NCBI GenBank assembly: GCA_964636355.1
Contig: CAZWRG010000001.1
Span: 41,687-105,686, forward strand
Direction of reading: 5' to 3'
DNA from: an uncultured Candidatus Saccharibacteria bacterium
GTDB lineage: Bacteria > Patescibacteriota > Saccharimonadia > Saccharimonadales > JAGQNK01
DNA length: 64,000 bases
The position numbers and the translations under genes are program-made. Positions 46,132-55,422 of the stretch are shown here, in pieces. How positions within the stretch are numbered: position 1 is the first letter of the stretch; every line of letters begins with the position of its first letter. The notes below the pieces were generated by a model. It was given only the letters and a program-made list of their open reading frames with translations, was not told the DNA's origin and did no database searches.

Positions 46132-46296
46132 AAGCATCTAACTGGCGCCATTTTTAATCTGCTGTTTTGCCAATGTACAACTTATATCTTGCTGTGGACT
46201 TCAATATAAATACATGGAAGATAATACAATCAAGGGCTCACTATATGATCCATAAGAGATAGTATCAAGTAGAAAGTCGCAAGTATTAGCGGAAAG

Positions 46297-46326
46297 CAAA
46301 AGAGCCGGATCACTCCGACTCTTTTG
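46297..46326 (-). terminator. Probable terminator of the 46362-46868 gene
   Basis: caaaagagtcgga-gtga-tccggctcttttg on the minus strand. Confidence 0.65.
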
Positions 46327-46361
46327 TGATGACCTTAGGCCTTATTATTTGGTAAGCCTCA

Positions 46362-46868
46362 CTAACCTTGTTTACCCTTATGCTGACTTACCGCATTCTC
46401 CATATTTTCGAAAGCTGCGTTTACGGCTGCTGCGCTTTGTTCGGTGTTCAAGTCGGTCCTTCCACTCTGGATGCTTCTATCAGTGTTCCATTGCGCAAAC
46501 TCACCCTGCGAGCCAGACTCCGATACATCAACACGAACCTGCCGCACCACACCATCATCGTCGTTAATCTCGGTGTGGTATAGAACGGGGCGAGGTTCAC
46601 CTAGCGAAGCTACCTCAACCTTAGTTGAACGATGCTGAGAATCGTATGGACTACCTGTCAATTTAACCTTTACTACTTTCCCGTGACTTGTTCTGTGTGC
46701 AGTTAGGGTCTCGCCACTATCGAGTAATAGCCTTCCTCGTGTAACCCTATTCGGCTCCAAATTTGTGTGACCTACATCAATAATTGCATTACCCAAGCTC
46801 TGCAAGCGTTCTGTTGTCAGGCTTTTCATCATATCTTCTTCGTCTGTCTTTGGTATTTTTTCGCTCAT
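46362..46868 (-). CDS. Hypothetical protein
   Basis: 168-aa ORF with an aagga RBS and a downstream hairpin. Confidence 0.65.
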   Translation of the reverse strand: MSEKIPKTDEEDMMKSLTTERLQSLGNAIIDVGHTNLEPNRVTRGRLLLDSGETLTAHRTSHGKVVKVKLTGSPYDSQHRSTKVEVASLGEPRPVLYHTEINDDDGVVRQVRVDVSESGSQGEFAQWNTDRSIQSGRTDLNTEQSAAAVNAAFENMENAVSQHKGKQG

Positions 46869-46906
46869 TTTTTATCCTTTTGTTTGTTTTAATTATTGTT
46901 AATTAT

Positions 46907-47104
46907 TTAACGGGTTTTAAATTTATATATATGACCTGTTTTGATGTAGTTTTGGCTGGCTTGGCTGTAAATCTCAAGCACTTTAATACTGGTCATAATC
47001 ATCACCTGAAAAACCAAAGCGACCATCAGTCCACGAGCCGAGCCGGTTGGCACAAGCTGACGTCCGTAGATCGATAACTTTATGTAGGTGTAGGCTTTTT
47101 TCAT
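46907..47104 (-). CDS. Possible small protein with one hydrophobic segment
   Basis: MKKAYTYIKL..GLMVALVFQVMIMTSI fills an otherwise long intergenic gap. Confidence 0.3.
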   Translation of the reverse strand: MKKAYTYIKLSIYGRQLVPTGSARGLMVALVFQVMIMTSIKVLEIYSQASQNYIKTGHIYKFKTR

Positions 47105-47227
47105 TTTGGTGTTTGTTTTATTCTTTAACGAATGCCTACATATTAACACGCTTGTGCTTTTTTGTCAATATTATTAAACTTATAGTCATTTCCGATCATC
47201 TTGAAGTTATGCTTAAATAAGACAGTT

Positions 47228-47818
47228 ATGGCCGACCAAAACCAATATGATTTCATTCTTAACCCGAATAACGGCAAATCAAAAAAAGATTTGTTTGCCT
47301 TTTTAAAGACAGGCAACAAGTTGGTTTTGACAATTTTTGTGGGAGTAATATTAATAATTGTGTTCGGGCTTTTGGCGCTAATATTAAACAGCGGCCCCTC
47401 GAACACAGAAAAATTATTATCAGTAGCTCAGCAACAACAGGAACTTATTCGGGTGGCCGACAGAGGCACCAAGGATGCCCGCGGCACCAGAGCCTTAAAT
47501 TTAGCCACCACTGTTAAATTAAATCTCAGCAGCGATCAAACTCCCCTAGTGGCGGCCCTTAAGGCAGAGGGAATGAAAGTTAATTCAGCGGAATTAAATG
47601 CCGGGAAAGACGCCTCCACTGATCAAAAACTAACCAATGCCCTGCAAAACAACCGTTTCGATGAGGTGTTCGTGGAGCATATTCAAGCTGAGCTGCTTGA
47701 TTATCAGACGGCCTTAAACGAGGCCTATAAAACGACTCGCAATCAAAAGCTCAAGGAAACCCTCAAAACCCAATACGACAACGCTACAATCCTAATCACC
47801 ACCGAAGTAAAAGAGTAA
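47228..47818 (+). CDS. Hypothetical single-TM helical protein
   Basis: NQYDFILNP N-terminus, TM helix, helical extracellular domain. Confidence 0.75.
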   Translation: MADQNQYDFILNPNNGKSKKDLFAFLKTGNKLVLTIFVGVILIIVFGLLALILNSGPSNTEKLLSVAQQQQELIRVADRGTKDARGTRALNLATTVKLNLSSDQTPLVAALKAEGMKVNSAELNAGKDASTDQKLTNALQNNRFDEVFVEHIQAELLDYQTALNEAYKTTRNQKLKETLKTQYDNATILITTEVKE

Positions 47819-47820
47819 AC

Positions 47821-49023
47821 CTATTGCCCAAGCTGAGTCTTCATGGCTGGCCAGCCAACTCGCTGCTCAATTGACCGCTGAAGATCCGGACCAGCCCTTT
47901 GGGTGATCCGATGAGCGCCGCCCGAACTGCCGACCACATCGTAAGTTAGCTTGATGTCGTACTTGCTTAACCCGCGCTTATTGATTTCTTCCAGGCAATC
48001 GTCTTGCCGCTTAATGCACTGTTCGCCGACTTCCAACCACTGCGACATGTCATCGGAATACGGAACATTGATCGCAACGTCAACACTAAGTCCGCGCATG
48101 GTTTCGGCATCGATCTGATCAAAAATAAAGTTACCGGTTGAGTAAAAAATTGGCTTGCCTTTATAAACCTCGCCATTTTGGACCCAGTGCGGACTGTTGC
48201 CAATCACAAACTCGGCTCCGAGATCGATGATTTTACGAGCAATAAATTCCTGGTCAGGCGCCGCTTTGGCATAATACTCCGCCCCGGCGTGCATAAATCC
48301 AAAAACCGGCATAAACCTGGCATATTCTTCCATGACCTCAATTTCGCCAGGTTTAGGCTCTCTGAAGAAATAATGCCAAGCACAAAAAGCCAACGGCAGA
48401 CGAGCTTTTTGCTCAGACTGATCCGGATGGCTAACCAGAACCGGCAGCGCAATAATCTCACAAGCCTCGTCTTTTAGCGACGGATCATGATGGCCGTATG
48501 TTTGAATTCCGGCGGCTTCAAGGTTTTTTAGTGTCATATTAAAAGCCTCGGGACCCAGATCGTTGGAGTGATTATTGGCCAAACTGACAATGGTGAATAA
48601 CTTTGACACCTCTGGCAGCCACTTTACATGACAGTTAAAAATCAGATTGCTGACCTGTGTGGCGTAAGGGATCACGTCGTCGGTGCTTGGACACTCCCAA
48701 TCAAGCGTCATGGCGTCGTACTTTTCTGGCTTAAAAGTATCCATTTTGCTAAACGGCTGCTTCAGATCATTACCGGCGTCGCGCTCTACGGCCCTGGCCA
48801 ACACAGCTGTTCCATTAAATAAATACCGCCCGGTCAACCGATCAGGTTTTGGCGCCTCTGGCTCAGCCTGCCTTACTGATTGGTCTGCCGGAGCTTCTGC
48901 CCGACCATTAAAAATAAAGATGTAGCTCAAGACAGCTGCCGCAACCAATAAAGCCAGCGCCAGACCAATCAAAAAGCGGTTTTTAAGGCTTTTGCTCTGC
49001 TGTCTTTGCTTATACCTTTGCAT
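47821..49023 (-). CDS. CapA-family (poly-gamma-glutamate synthesis-like) metallophosphoesterase
   Basis: SLANNHSND, MHAGAEY, GNSPHWVQ, YSTGNFIFDQ; N-terminal TM. Confidence 0.88.
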   Translation of the reverse strand: MQRYKQRQQSKSLKNRFLIGLALALLVAAAVLSYIFIFNGRAEAPADQSVRQAEPEAPKPDRLTGRYLFNGTAVLARAVERDAGNDLKQPFSKMDTFKPEKYDAMTLDWECPSTDDVIPYATQVSNLIFNCHVKWLPEVSKLFTIVSLANNHSNDLGPEAFNMTLKNLEAAGIQTYGHHDPSLKDEACEIIALPVLVSHPDQSEQKARLPLAFCAWHYFFREPKPGEIEVMEEYARFMPVFGFMHAGAEYYAKAAPDQEFIARKIIDLGAEFVIGNSPHWVQNGEVYKGKPIFYSTGNFIFDQIDAETMRGLSVDVAINVPYSDDMSQWLEVGEQCIKRQDDCLEEINKRGLSKYDIKLTYDVVGSSGGAHRITQRAGPDLQRSIEQRVGWPAMKTQLGQ

Positions 49024-49072
49024 CTTGATTATCATTATAGCAACATCAATAAGCGCTATAATTAGTATTAAG

Positions 49073-49963
49073 GTGAAGAATTATCAAATCCGGCCGCATC
49101 GATCATCAAAAGTAAAAACTATCTGGCTTAAGGCGTCACTTGTAGTTTTGCCGCTACTGTTAGGGCTTGGCTTTTGGCTGTATAAAACAAATCAAAAGCC
49201 CGGACCAGAGCCTACAGTGCCTAGTGCGTCTGAGGTTGATAAATCTAAAGCCGAACCCGAGACACAGCCCAAAACCGAGGCATTAAATCTACAGCCAGTT
49301 GTAGATAAATGGATCTCTGCACAGCCGGCCACCTACGCTATTATGGTTTATGATCCAGCCGCCGGGGAAGCCATCGGTTCAAACCTGGAAACTAAAGAAT
49401 TTTTCGCGGCTAGTTTATATAAATTATTCGTAGCCTATTTGGCGCTAATTGATTTTCAATCCGGTGCCCAGAACCCTCACGATGTAATCGTGGCTGGTCA
49501 AACCCGCCAACAGTGTGTCGATAAAATGATTCGCAGCTCTGACAGTCCTTGTGGCGAAGCGATGATGGCGGCGATGAATCGGAGTACAATTGAGCAAAAA
49601 CTGGCAAATATGGGCATAACAAACACTGATTTTAATGACCTAATGACAACCGCCAAAGATGTGGCAGTTGTCTTTGAATACATTCATAAAAGACGGCACT
49701 TGAACCAGCCAAACACGGCGCTGCTCAGAGACGCTCTGCTCAACCAACCGCAAATGTATAAAAATGGCTTGGCTAAGGGAGCGCCACAAGCAAAAGTTTA
49801 CTCTAAAGTCGGCTGGAATGAGCAACATAATTATCATGACGCTGGCCTGATGGCCCTGCCAGACGGCCGCGAATTTGTGGTGGTGATTTTAAGTCAAGGT
49901 AATGGCCGCAGTGCGCCAATTGCTGACTTTTCGTCGACTATTTATTCGGCGCTTACACGTTAG
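49073..49963 (+). CDS. Serine hydrolase, class A beta-lactamase-like (GTG start)
   Basis: SxxK (ASLYK), SDS, KVG, HDAG; N-terminal TM. Confidence 0.85.
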   Translation: MKNYQIRPHRSSKVKTIWLKASLVVLPLLLGLGFWLYKTNQKPGPEPTVPSASEVDKSKAEPETQPKTEALNLQPVVDKWISAQPATYAIMVYDPAAGEAIGSNLETKEFFAASLYKLFVAYLALIDFQSGAQNPHDVIVAGQTRQQCVDKMIRSSDSPCGEAMMAAMNRSTIEQKLANMGITNTDFNDLMTTAKDVAVVFEYIHKRRHLNQPNTALLRDALLNQPQMYKNGLAKGAPQAKVYSKVGWNEQHNYHDAGLMALPDGREFVVVILSQGNGRSAPIADFSSTIYSALTR

Positions 49964-50297
49964 GTGTATGATCGTCGGCGCCTTCGGTCACTAGAGTGTA
50001 ACTATGGCGAATCAGGCCCTGGATCTCCTCCCAATCCAGCTGGCCACTCAAAATAATCGTATTCCAATGTTTTTTGTTCAAGTGGTAACCTTCCATAACT
50101 TCGGTATATTTGTCCCTGAGCAATTTCGCCAGCTGGGGATCACATTTTAAGCTAATTCGCACTGGACTTTTGCCTTCAGCAATCAGAGCAAACATCTTAT
50201 CTTGAACTTTATAAACCGCCACGTCTTCGCCAAACGGATAATCCAGTTTGGCGCCAGGCATACTCAAAATATATTCTTCAACAGTTTCATGATCCAT
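49953..50297 (-). CDS. MmcQ/YjbR family DNA-binding protein
   Basis: DYPFG, KMFAL, LKCDP, GYHLNKKHWNT. Confidence 0.92.
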   Translation of the reverse strand: MDHETVEEYILSMPGAKLDYPFGEDVAVYKVQDKMFALIAEGKSPVRISLKCDPQLAKLLRDKYTEVMEGYHLNKKHWNTIILSGQLDWEEIQGLIRHSYTLVTEGADDHTPNV

Positions 50298-50394
50298 TAA
50301 ATTTATTATACAACACACTTTTTTCTGGATTATTATGAAGATTAAGTATATAATGCGAATCAATTGGAGAGTTAAGTCAAGACTGGGAGGTCTC

Positions 50395-52203
50395 ATGCGT
50401 TACCATATTTATGGCCAACAACGTTCTACCAAAATAACAAATAAACTATTGTCTGTGCTTGCAGTGGCGTCGTTATTATTTAGCAGTGCCAGCTCCTTAC
50501 CACTGCTTTTTACTCAACGAGCCTTAGCTGTCACTAATACAGAAACTGTTTATCAAAATGATTTTGCTAATTCTTGGACTACTTGGACTTATCATGATGA
50601 TCGTAAAGATAGTACCGACCCGCTCAATGCAGCCACTCCTGCTCCAAACACCAATCACCAAATCGCTGCCAATCCAAATCCGGCTCCTGGCAATAATGGC
50701 GCCGTCAAATTAACTGCCTCAGGCGGACAAAAATTTAATCTAGCCAGCCTGCAATACTCTGGCACCAAGCTAAAAGACATCACTTCATTAGGATTTGATG
50801 TTTATACCGACAATCCTGGACAGGCCTACATTAATTTAGACATCAACTTCAATTCCTGGCAGCATGGACCAGGCACCGTAGACCACCAACGTTTAGTTTA
50901 TGTACCTCAAGGAGTTATAGCTAATCAGTGGAGCAGCCACGAAGCCACCACTCAAGGACTTTGGAGCTGGTCTGGTGGAGACACCTGGCCAGATGGCGTC
51001 GAAGGCCCTAGGACTTGGAGTAGTATTGTTGACGCATTTCCAAATGCCTATATATCACGAACATTAGCCGAAATAGTTTTTATCAAAAAGCCCTTCGGAA
51101 GCCTATATCTTAGAGCTGATGGAGACAGTCCAGTAACTGCCTATTTTGACAATATCTACCTAACTACGGCTACCCAAAACACAAAATATAATTTTGAGCT
51201 GTCGCCAGCTCCAGCAGGCTTAGGCTTTGTAGATGGCGCGCAAACTTGCGGTGGCGTAACAAGCACTAATTTTGCTCAACCTAAATGGGACTCGGTGTCT
51301 GGTGCCGTATCTTATGACTATCAGGCATTTTTGAATGGCAATCTGGTATTTGCTGCCAACTATAGCTCAACCCACCCTGGAGGAACCTTCGGCGGTGGCC
51401 AAAATGGCGAATGGTCATTTAGAGTTCGAGCCGTTAATGCTGATGGAACCGTAACAGCTTGGTCAGAGCCATGTGCCATTAACTTGGACACCTCTGCACC
51501 TACTTGGGACAGCAACCCAGTTCATGAGAGCCCTCTAAATGGTGCTTCAGTAACTGAAGGTAGCAACATTTTGATGCAATGGACTGATGCCAGCGATCCA
51601 AACGGCGTCAACTACTACTACGAGGTGTCGTATTCTAACCAAACTAATGGTCCTGGCGGTAGTTTCGTTAACCCAATCTGGACATTCGGTCCCCTAACCT
51701 CATCTGAGCATGACGGAACTGGAACAGTGGCTGGAAATTACTTCTGGCACGTTAAAGCCTGTGACGACTTAGGTAATTGTACACCTTGGACAGATCCATG
51801 GGGCGGTTCTGTGGTCGCTGAACAAATTAATCAACCAAACAGCCCGGCAACTGGTGGCGGTAATACGCTAGGAGCAACCACTGGTGGTAATACTCTGGTT
51901 GTAACCTCTGGGCGATCAGGTGCCGTTCAAGGAATCGGCGGAAATAATCAAGGATTCAACCAAACAAACAATCTTGGTGATGGTGATAACCAAGATCAAG
52001 AAGATGATGCCGGTGAAGTTGAAGGCGCCAACGTTGAAAATGACTTTGCCTCTATACCTGCCACCTTGGCAGCAGCTGACATCAATGAGCAAAGTGGCTG
52101 TACTAAAATCTTTGGTCTGTGCTGGTACTACTGGCCACCAATCATCGTGGCGGTACTAACCCTTGGTTACATTATTTACCGAAAAACCCAGACAGAAAAT
52201 TAG
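50395..52203 (+). CDS. Secreted, C-terminally anchored surface protein with FN3/Ig-like domains
   Basis: gggagg RBS, signal peptide, W..VSGAVSYDY..WSFRVRAV FN3-like motifs, C-terminal TM plus RK. Confidence 0.75.
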   Translation: MRYHIYGQQRSTKITNKLLSVLAVASLLFSSASSLPLLFTQRALAVTNTETVYQNDFANSWTTWTYHDDRKDSTDPLNAATPAPNTNHQIAANPNPAPGNNGAVKLTASGGQKFNLASLQYSGTKLKDITSLGFDVYTDNPGQAYINLDINFNSWQHGPGTVDHQRLVYVPQGVIANQWSSHEATTQGLWSWSGGDTWPDGVEGPRTWSSIVDAFPNAYISRTLAEIVFIKKPFGSLYLRADGDSPVTAYFDNIYLTTATQNTKYNFELSPAPAGLGFVDGAQTCGGVTSTNFAQPKWDSVSGAVSYDYQAFLNGNLVFAANYSSTHPGGTFGGGQNGEWSFRVRAVNADGTVTAWSEPCAINLDTSAPTWDSNPVHESPLNGASVTEGSNILMQWTDASDPNGVNYYYEVSYSNQTNGPGGSFVNPIWTFGPLTSSEHDGTGTVAGNYFWHVKACDDLGNCTPWTDPWGGSVVAEQINQPNSPATGGGNTLGATTGGNTLVVTSGRSGAVQGIGGNNQGFNQTNNLGDGDNQDQEDDAGEVEGANVENDFASIPATLAAADINEQSGCTKIFGLCWYYWPPIIVAVLTLGYIIYRKTQTEN

Positions 52204-52216
52204 AAAAGCAACTTAG

Positions 52217-52255
52217 AATATAAAGGGCCCTAGATCAGGGCTCTTTATATTTTTT
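52217..52255 (+). terminator. Intrinsic terminator
   Basis: aatataaagggccct-agatc-agggctctttatatt followed by a T-run. Confidence 0.85.
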
Positions 52256-52324
52256 CAAAAAAACTACTTGTTCATATAAACATTTTACTTTAGAATATAA
52301 ATATAACTAATGTGGGAGGCGAAT

Positions 52325-53200
52325 ATGAATTCGTTAGGTGTGTTTCGTGATATCAAAAATAATTTTAGGCTGATACTTGGTCTAGTCATAGGACTAGCGG
52401 CAATTGGGCTGGTGGGCACTTCTCTGTCCACGGCAATTGCTGATGAATCCCCATCTGACAGCCAAAATATAATAATAAATGAGATTAAGCCCGGGACCGG
52501 CGGATCAGAAAAATGGATTGAACTTTACAACCCGACTGGCGATTCAATTAATATCAAGGGTTGGCGATTTGTCCGAGGCAACACAACCCTAAGTCCAGTT
52601 ATTAGCAGCAGCGCTGATTTGATTTTAAACCCCGGCGATTTCTACCTGTACAGTGTTAGCGGCTCCCTGCCAATTGATGGCGGCGCCAATCCTCAAGTTA
52701 AGCTACTAGACGGGCCATCTGGAAACATTATTGATTCAGTTGACTACGGAGTCAGCCTAGATGGTCAAAGCTATGCCCGATTTTTGAATAATTCCTGGCA
52801 AATAACAGATACGCCTACTCCCGGCAGCGCTAATGTCTTGAGTGATCAAACAGCACCAATTTGGAACCAAGAAAACGTTCATTTATGGCCAGAAAACGAT
52901 GCCGTGATCAGCGAAGATAGCGAAATTATCATGCAGTGGAGCGCTGCATCCGACCCCAGTGGTGTCGAGTATTACTATCTGGTGTCTGGTGTCTCCGGCG
53001 AAACCTCAGGAGATGACAACCGGTTAACTAATCCAATTCCATGGCTATTTGGTCCCTTCAACGAACCAAACCACAACGCCACTGGCACTTGGCCCGGTAC
53101 TTACTACTGGCAAGTCAAAGCTTGCGACAACTTAGACAACTGCACTCCATGGACTGAGCCATCCAAGGGCACGGTTGAGGCAGCTGAGTTACCTATTTGA
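52325..53200 (+). CDS. Secreted lamin-tail-domain protein with an FN3-like C-terminal domain
   Basis: IIINEI, WIELYNPT, IKGW, SYAR, PTPGSAN LTD motifs; gggagg RBS. Confidence 0.85.
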   Translation: MNSLGVFRDIKNNFRLILGLVIGLAAIGLVGTSLSTAIADESPSDSQNIIINEIKPGTGGSEKWIELYNPTGDSINIKGWRFVRGNTTLSPVISSSADLILNPGDFYLYSVSGSLPIDGGANPQVKLLDGPSGNIIDSVDYGVSLDGQSYARFLNNSWQITDTPTPGSANVLSDQTAPIWNQENVHLWPENDAVISEDSEIIMQWSAASDPSGVEYYYLVSGVSGETSGDDNRLTNPIPWLFGPFNEPNHNATGTWPGTYYWQVKACDNLDNCTPWTEPSKGTVEAAELPI

Positions 53201-53749
53201 GATTTTAGGCATAACTTCCAGATAATGTTGCAGCTCGGCAATTGAAGCCTGGATGTCGTCAAAGGCCCGATGCACCTCTTGTTTTTCGAACACTTCACCG
53301 TGTTTGCCCTGCATCAGAATTTTAAAACTACTGACGTCCAGCATTCGGTAGTGCAGCTTGAGGTCCAGAAGCGGCATCCACTGCTTAATAAATAGCCGGT
53401 CATTGTGAATTGAGTTGCCCGCTAAAATGGCCGGCTCATCACCAAAATGCTTTTCGATAAGTCCAATCATTTCAGATTCGACCTGTTTTAGGGACTTGCC
53501 TTCTTCCAGCCGGTTAATAAAATCGTCACGATTAGCTGGATATTCGCGCCACCAAATATTTTTTTTAATTCTATCAAGCACAACCTCTCGTTTTTGCTTG
53601 ATTCTGGCTTCATAACTGGCTAAGGTTTTGAAGTCGAAATCTGTTATTTCGGCCGCTATTTCCAGCAAAACATCCTTGGCTGGCTCTAGGCCAGTCATCT
53701 CGAGATCAACCCAAAGCAGCCTAGTCGGTATTTGGTTTTTATTCTTCAT
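53189..53749 (-). CDS. orn: Oligoribonuclease
   Basis: LWVDLEMTGL, LAGNSIHNDR, LHYRMLDVSS, HRAFDDIQASIAEL. Confidence 0.94.
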   Translation of the reverse strand: MKNKNQIPTRLLWVDLEMTGLEPAKDVLLEIAAEITDFDFKTLASYEARIKQKREVVLDRIKKNIWWREYPANRDDFINRLEEGKSLKQVESEMIGLIEKHFGDEPAILAGNSIHNDRLFIKQWMPLLDLKLHYRMLDVSSFKILMQGKHGEVFEKQEVHRAFDDIQASIAELQHYLEVMPKISNR

Positions 53750-53757
53750 GTGATTCA

Positions 53758-54552
53758 TTATACCGATAAAATCAGATTTGCGATTATTTCTGGGGCTTCT
53801 AGGGGTATTTGATGACCAGTTGGCAGCACTTTAAGACTGCAGTAGTTATTGTGGGTACATACGAGCTCCAAATTTTCTTTGGCGTGGGCCGAGGTTAGGT
53901 CTTTTTGGCCAATAACTATAACCGTAGGGATTTTTAAGGATTTAAGATCCTGTGTAACCTCATCTATAAAATACTTGTTTTTAAGTAGCTTTTTATAGAC
54001 AAAATAACGGTGCTTAGTGGCATCCTTTACAACTTCTTTGGGATATTTTTTGTACAACCTAACTGCCAATTTGGTTGGGAAAAGGCCGGAAATGCCCATC
54101 AACTTGACGATTATATTGGCCCGTCTTTTGCCCGTTAGTCTGTTTTTCTTAAGAGCGATTGACGCAACCTGCTGCTTGAACCTCAAATCATCAAATAACA
54201 CCGGCGCCGATAAAACAACGGAATGGAACTTCTTAGGATTCTTAAGCGCCCACTTTATTGCGATCATCGCACCCAGTGAGTGCCCAACCAAGACTGGAGG
54301 CTCACTAAATTTATAGTCTTTGAAGGTCTCTTCCAAACAATCAATAAAATGCTCCATTTTGTAACTTATATTTCTCGGCTTAGGAGATTTACCGTGACCT
54401 AGAAGATCCGGCAATATAAGTTCTCTGTCCTCACCGATCAAACTAACCACCGAAGTCCAATAATCGCTGGAAGACATCATGCCGTGGAGCAATATAACCG
54501 GTCGACCTTTGCCGAATTTTTTAACGTTTAACTTATAAGTTGTTTTATTCAT
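53758..54552 (-). CDS. Alpha/beta fold hydrolase
   Basis: LLHG, DLLGHGKS, GHSLG nucleophile elbow, D and H of the triad. Confidence 0.9.
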   Translation of the reverse strand: MNKTTYKLNVKKFGKGRPVILLHGMMSSSDYWTSVVSLIGEDRELILPDLLGHGKSPKPRNISYKMEHFIDCLEETFKDYKFSEPPVLVGHSLGAMIAIKWALKNPKKFHSVVLSAPVLFDDLRFKQQVASIALKKNRLTGKRRANIIVKLMGISGLFPTKLAVRLYKKYPKEVVKDATKHRYFVYKKLLKNKYFIDEVTQDLKSLKIPTVIVIGQKDLTSAHAKENLELVCTHNNYCSLKVLPTGHQIPLEAPEIIANLILSV

Positions 54553-54610
54553 TAGTTAAATTATAGACCAACAGATGATGAACATATATGCCATTAGGTA
54601 TAATGTGGTT

Positions 54611-55372
54611 ATGAAAAAGAAAATACTCTTAGCTGTTTTGGGGGCCTTGGTGGCCTTATCCACCGTTGGCTATTTAACCTATACGAAATCAGAAAATCAG
54701 ACGCCTCAAAATAACACGCAATTAAATCCACAGAAAGATTCGGAAGATATAGAGCTACAAAAATCAACAAAAGATTTTAACAAAACGAGATTTTCCATCA
54801 CTGACCCGGACAGTATTTGGGTGGTGGTTAATAAGAACCGGCCGTTGCCTGACGGATACGAGCCAAGTGATTTGATTGTGCCATCAGTAAGACTTAGGTT
54901 GGATTCAACAAACCAGCAAATGAAATTTCGCCGCGCGGCTTCTGGGGCACTACAAGAAATGTTCACAGCTGCCGATAGGGCTGGCGTGACTTTGGTTTTT
55001 GGCAGCGGCTACCGCTCAGCGGCTCTGCAAAAACAATTTTATGACAATTATGTAGCCCAAGATGGTCAGGCAGCAGCTGATCGTTACAGCGCCCGGCCGG
55101 GAACGTCGGAGCATCAAACTGGATTATCCTTTGACGCTACCAATATACGTGGCGAGTGTCATTTAGAAACCTGTTTTAAGAACACTCCAGAGGGTAAATG
55201 GTTAGCTCAAAATGCTTATAAATACGGTTTTATTATTCGCTATCCGGACGGCAAAGAGGCAGTTACCGGCTATCAGTACGAGCCCTGGCACATGCGTTAT
55301 GTTGGCAAAGAGCTGGCCGCTGAAATGAGCAGACAAAATATTGTTACATTAGAAGAATTTTTCGATCTATAA
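54611..55372 (+). CDS. M15B (VanY-like) D-alanyl-D-alanine / LD-carboxypeptidase
   Basis: VVNK, SGYRS, SARPGTSEHQTGLSFD, YEPWHMRYVG. Confidence 0.93.
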   Translation: MKKKILLAVLGALVALSTVGYLTYTKSENQTPQNNTQLNPQKDSEDIELQKSTKDFNKTRFSITDPDSIWVVVNKNRPLPDGYEPSDLIVPSVRLRLDSTNQQMKFRRAASGALQEMFTAADRAGVTLVFGSGYRSAALQKQFYDNYVAQDGQAAADRYSARPGTSEHQTGLSFDATNIRGECHLETCFKNTPEGKWLAQNAYKYGFIIRYPDGKEAVTGYQYEPWHMRYVGKELAAEMSRQNIVTLEEFFDL

Positions 55373-55393
55373 ACCTATAACCCCATTTCGGTA

Positions 55394-55422
55394 AGCTTCC
55401 TGAGGTCAGACCTCAGGAAGCT
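55394..55422. repeat. Perfect 29-nt palindrome between convergent genes
   Basis: agcttcctgaggtc-a-gacctcaggaagct. Confidence 0.8.
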
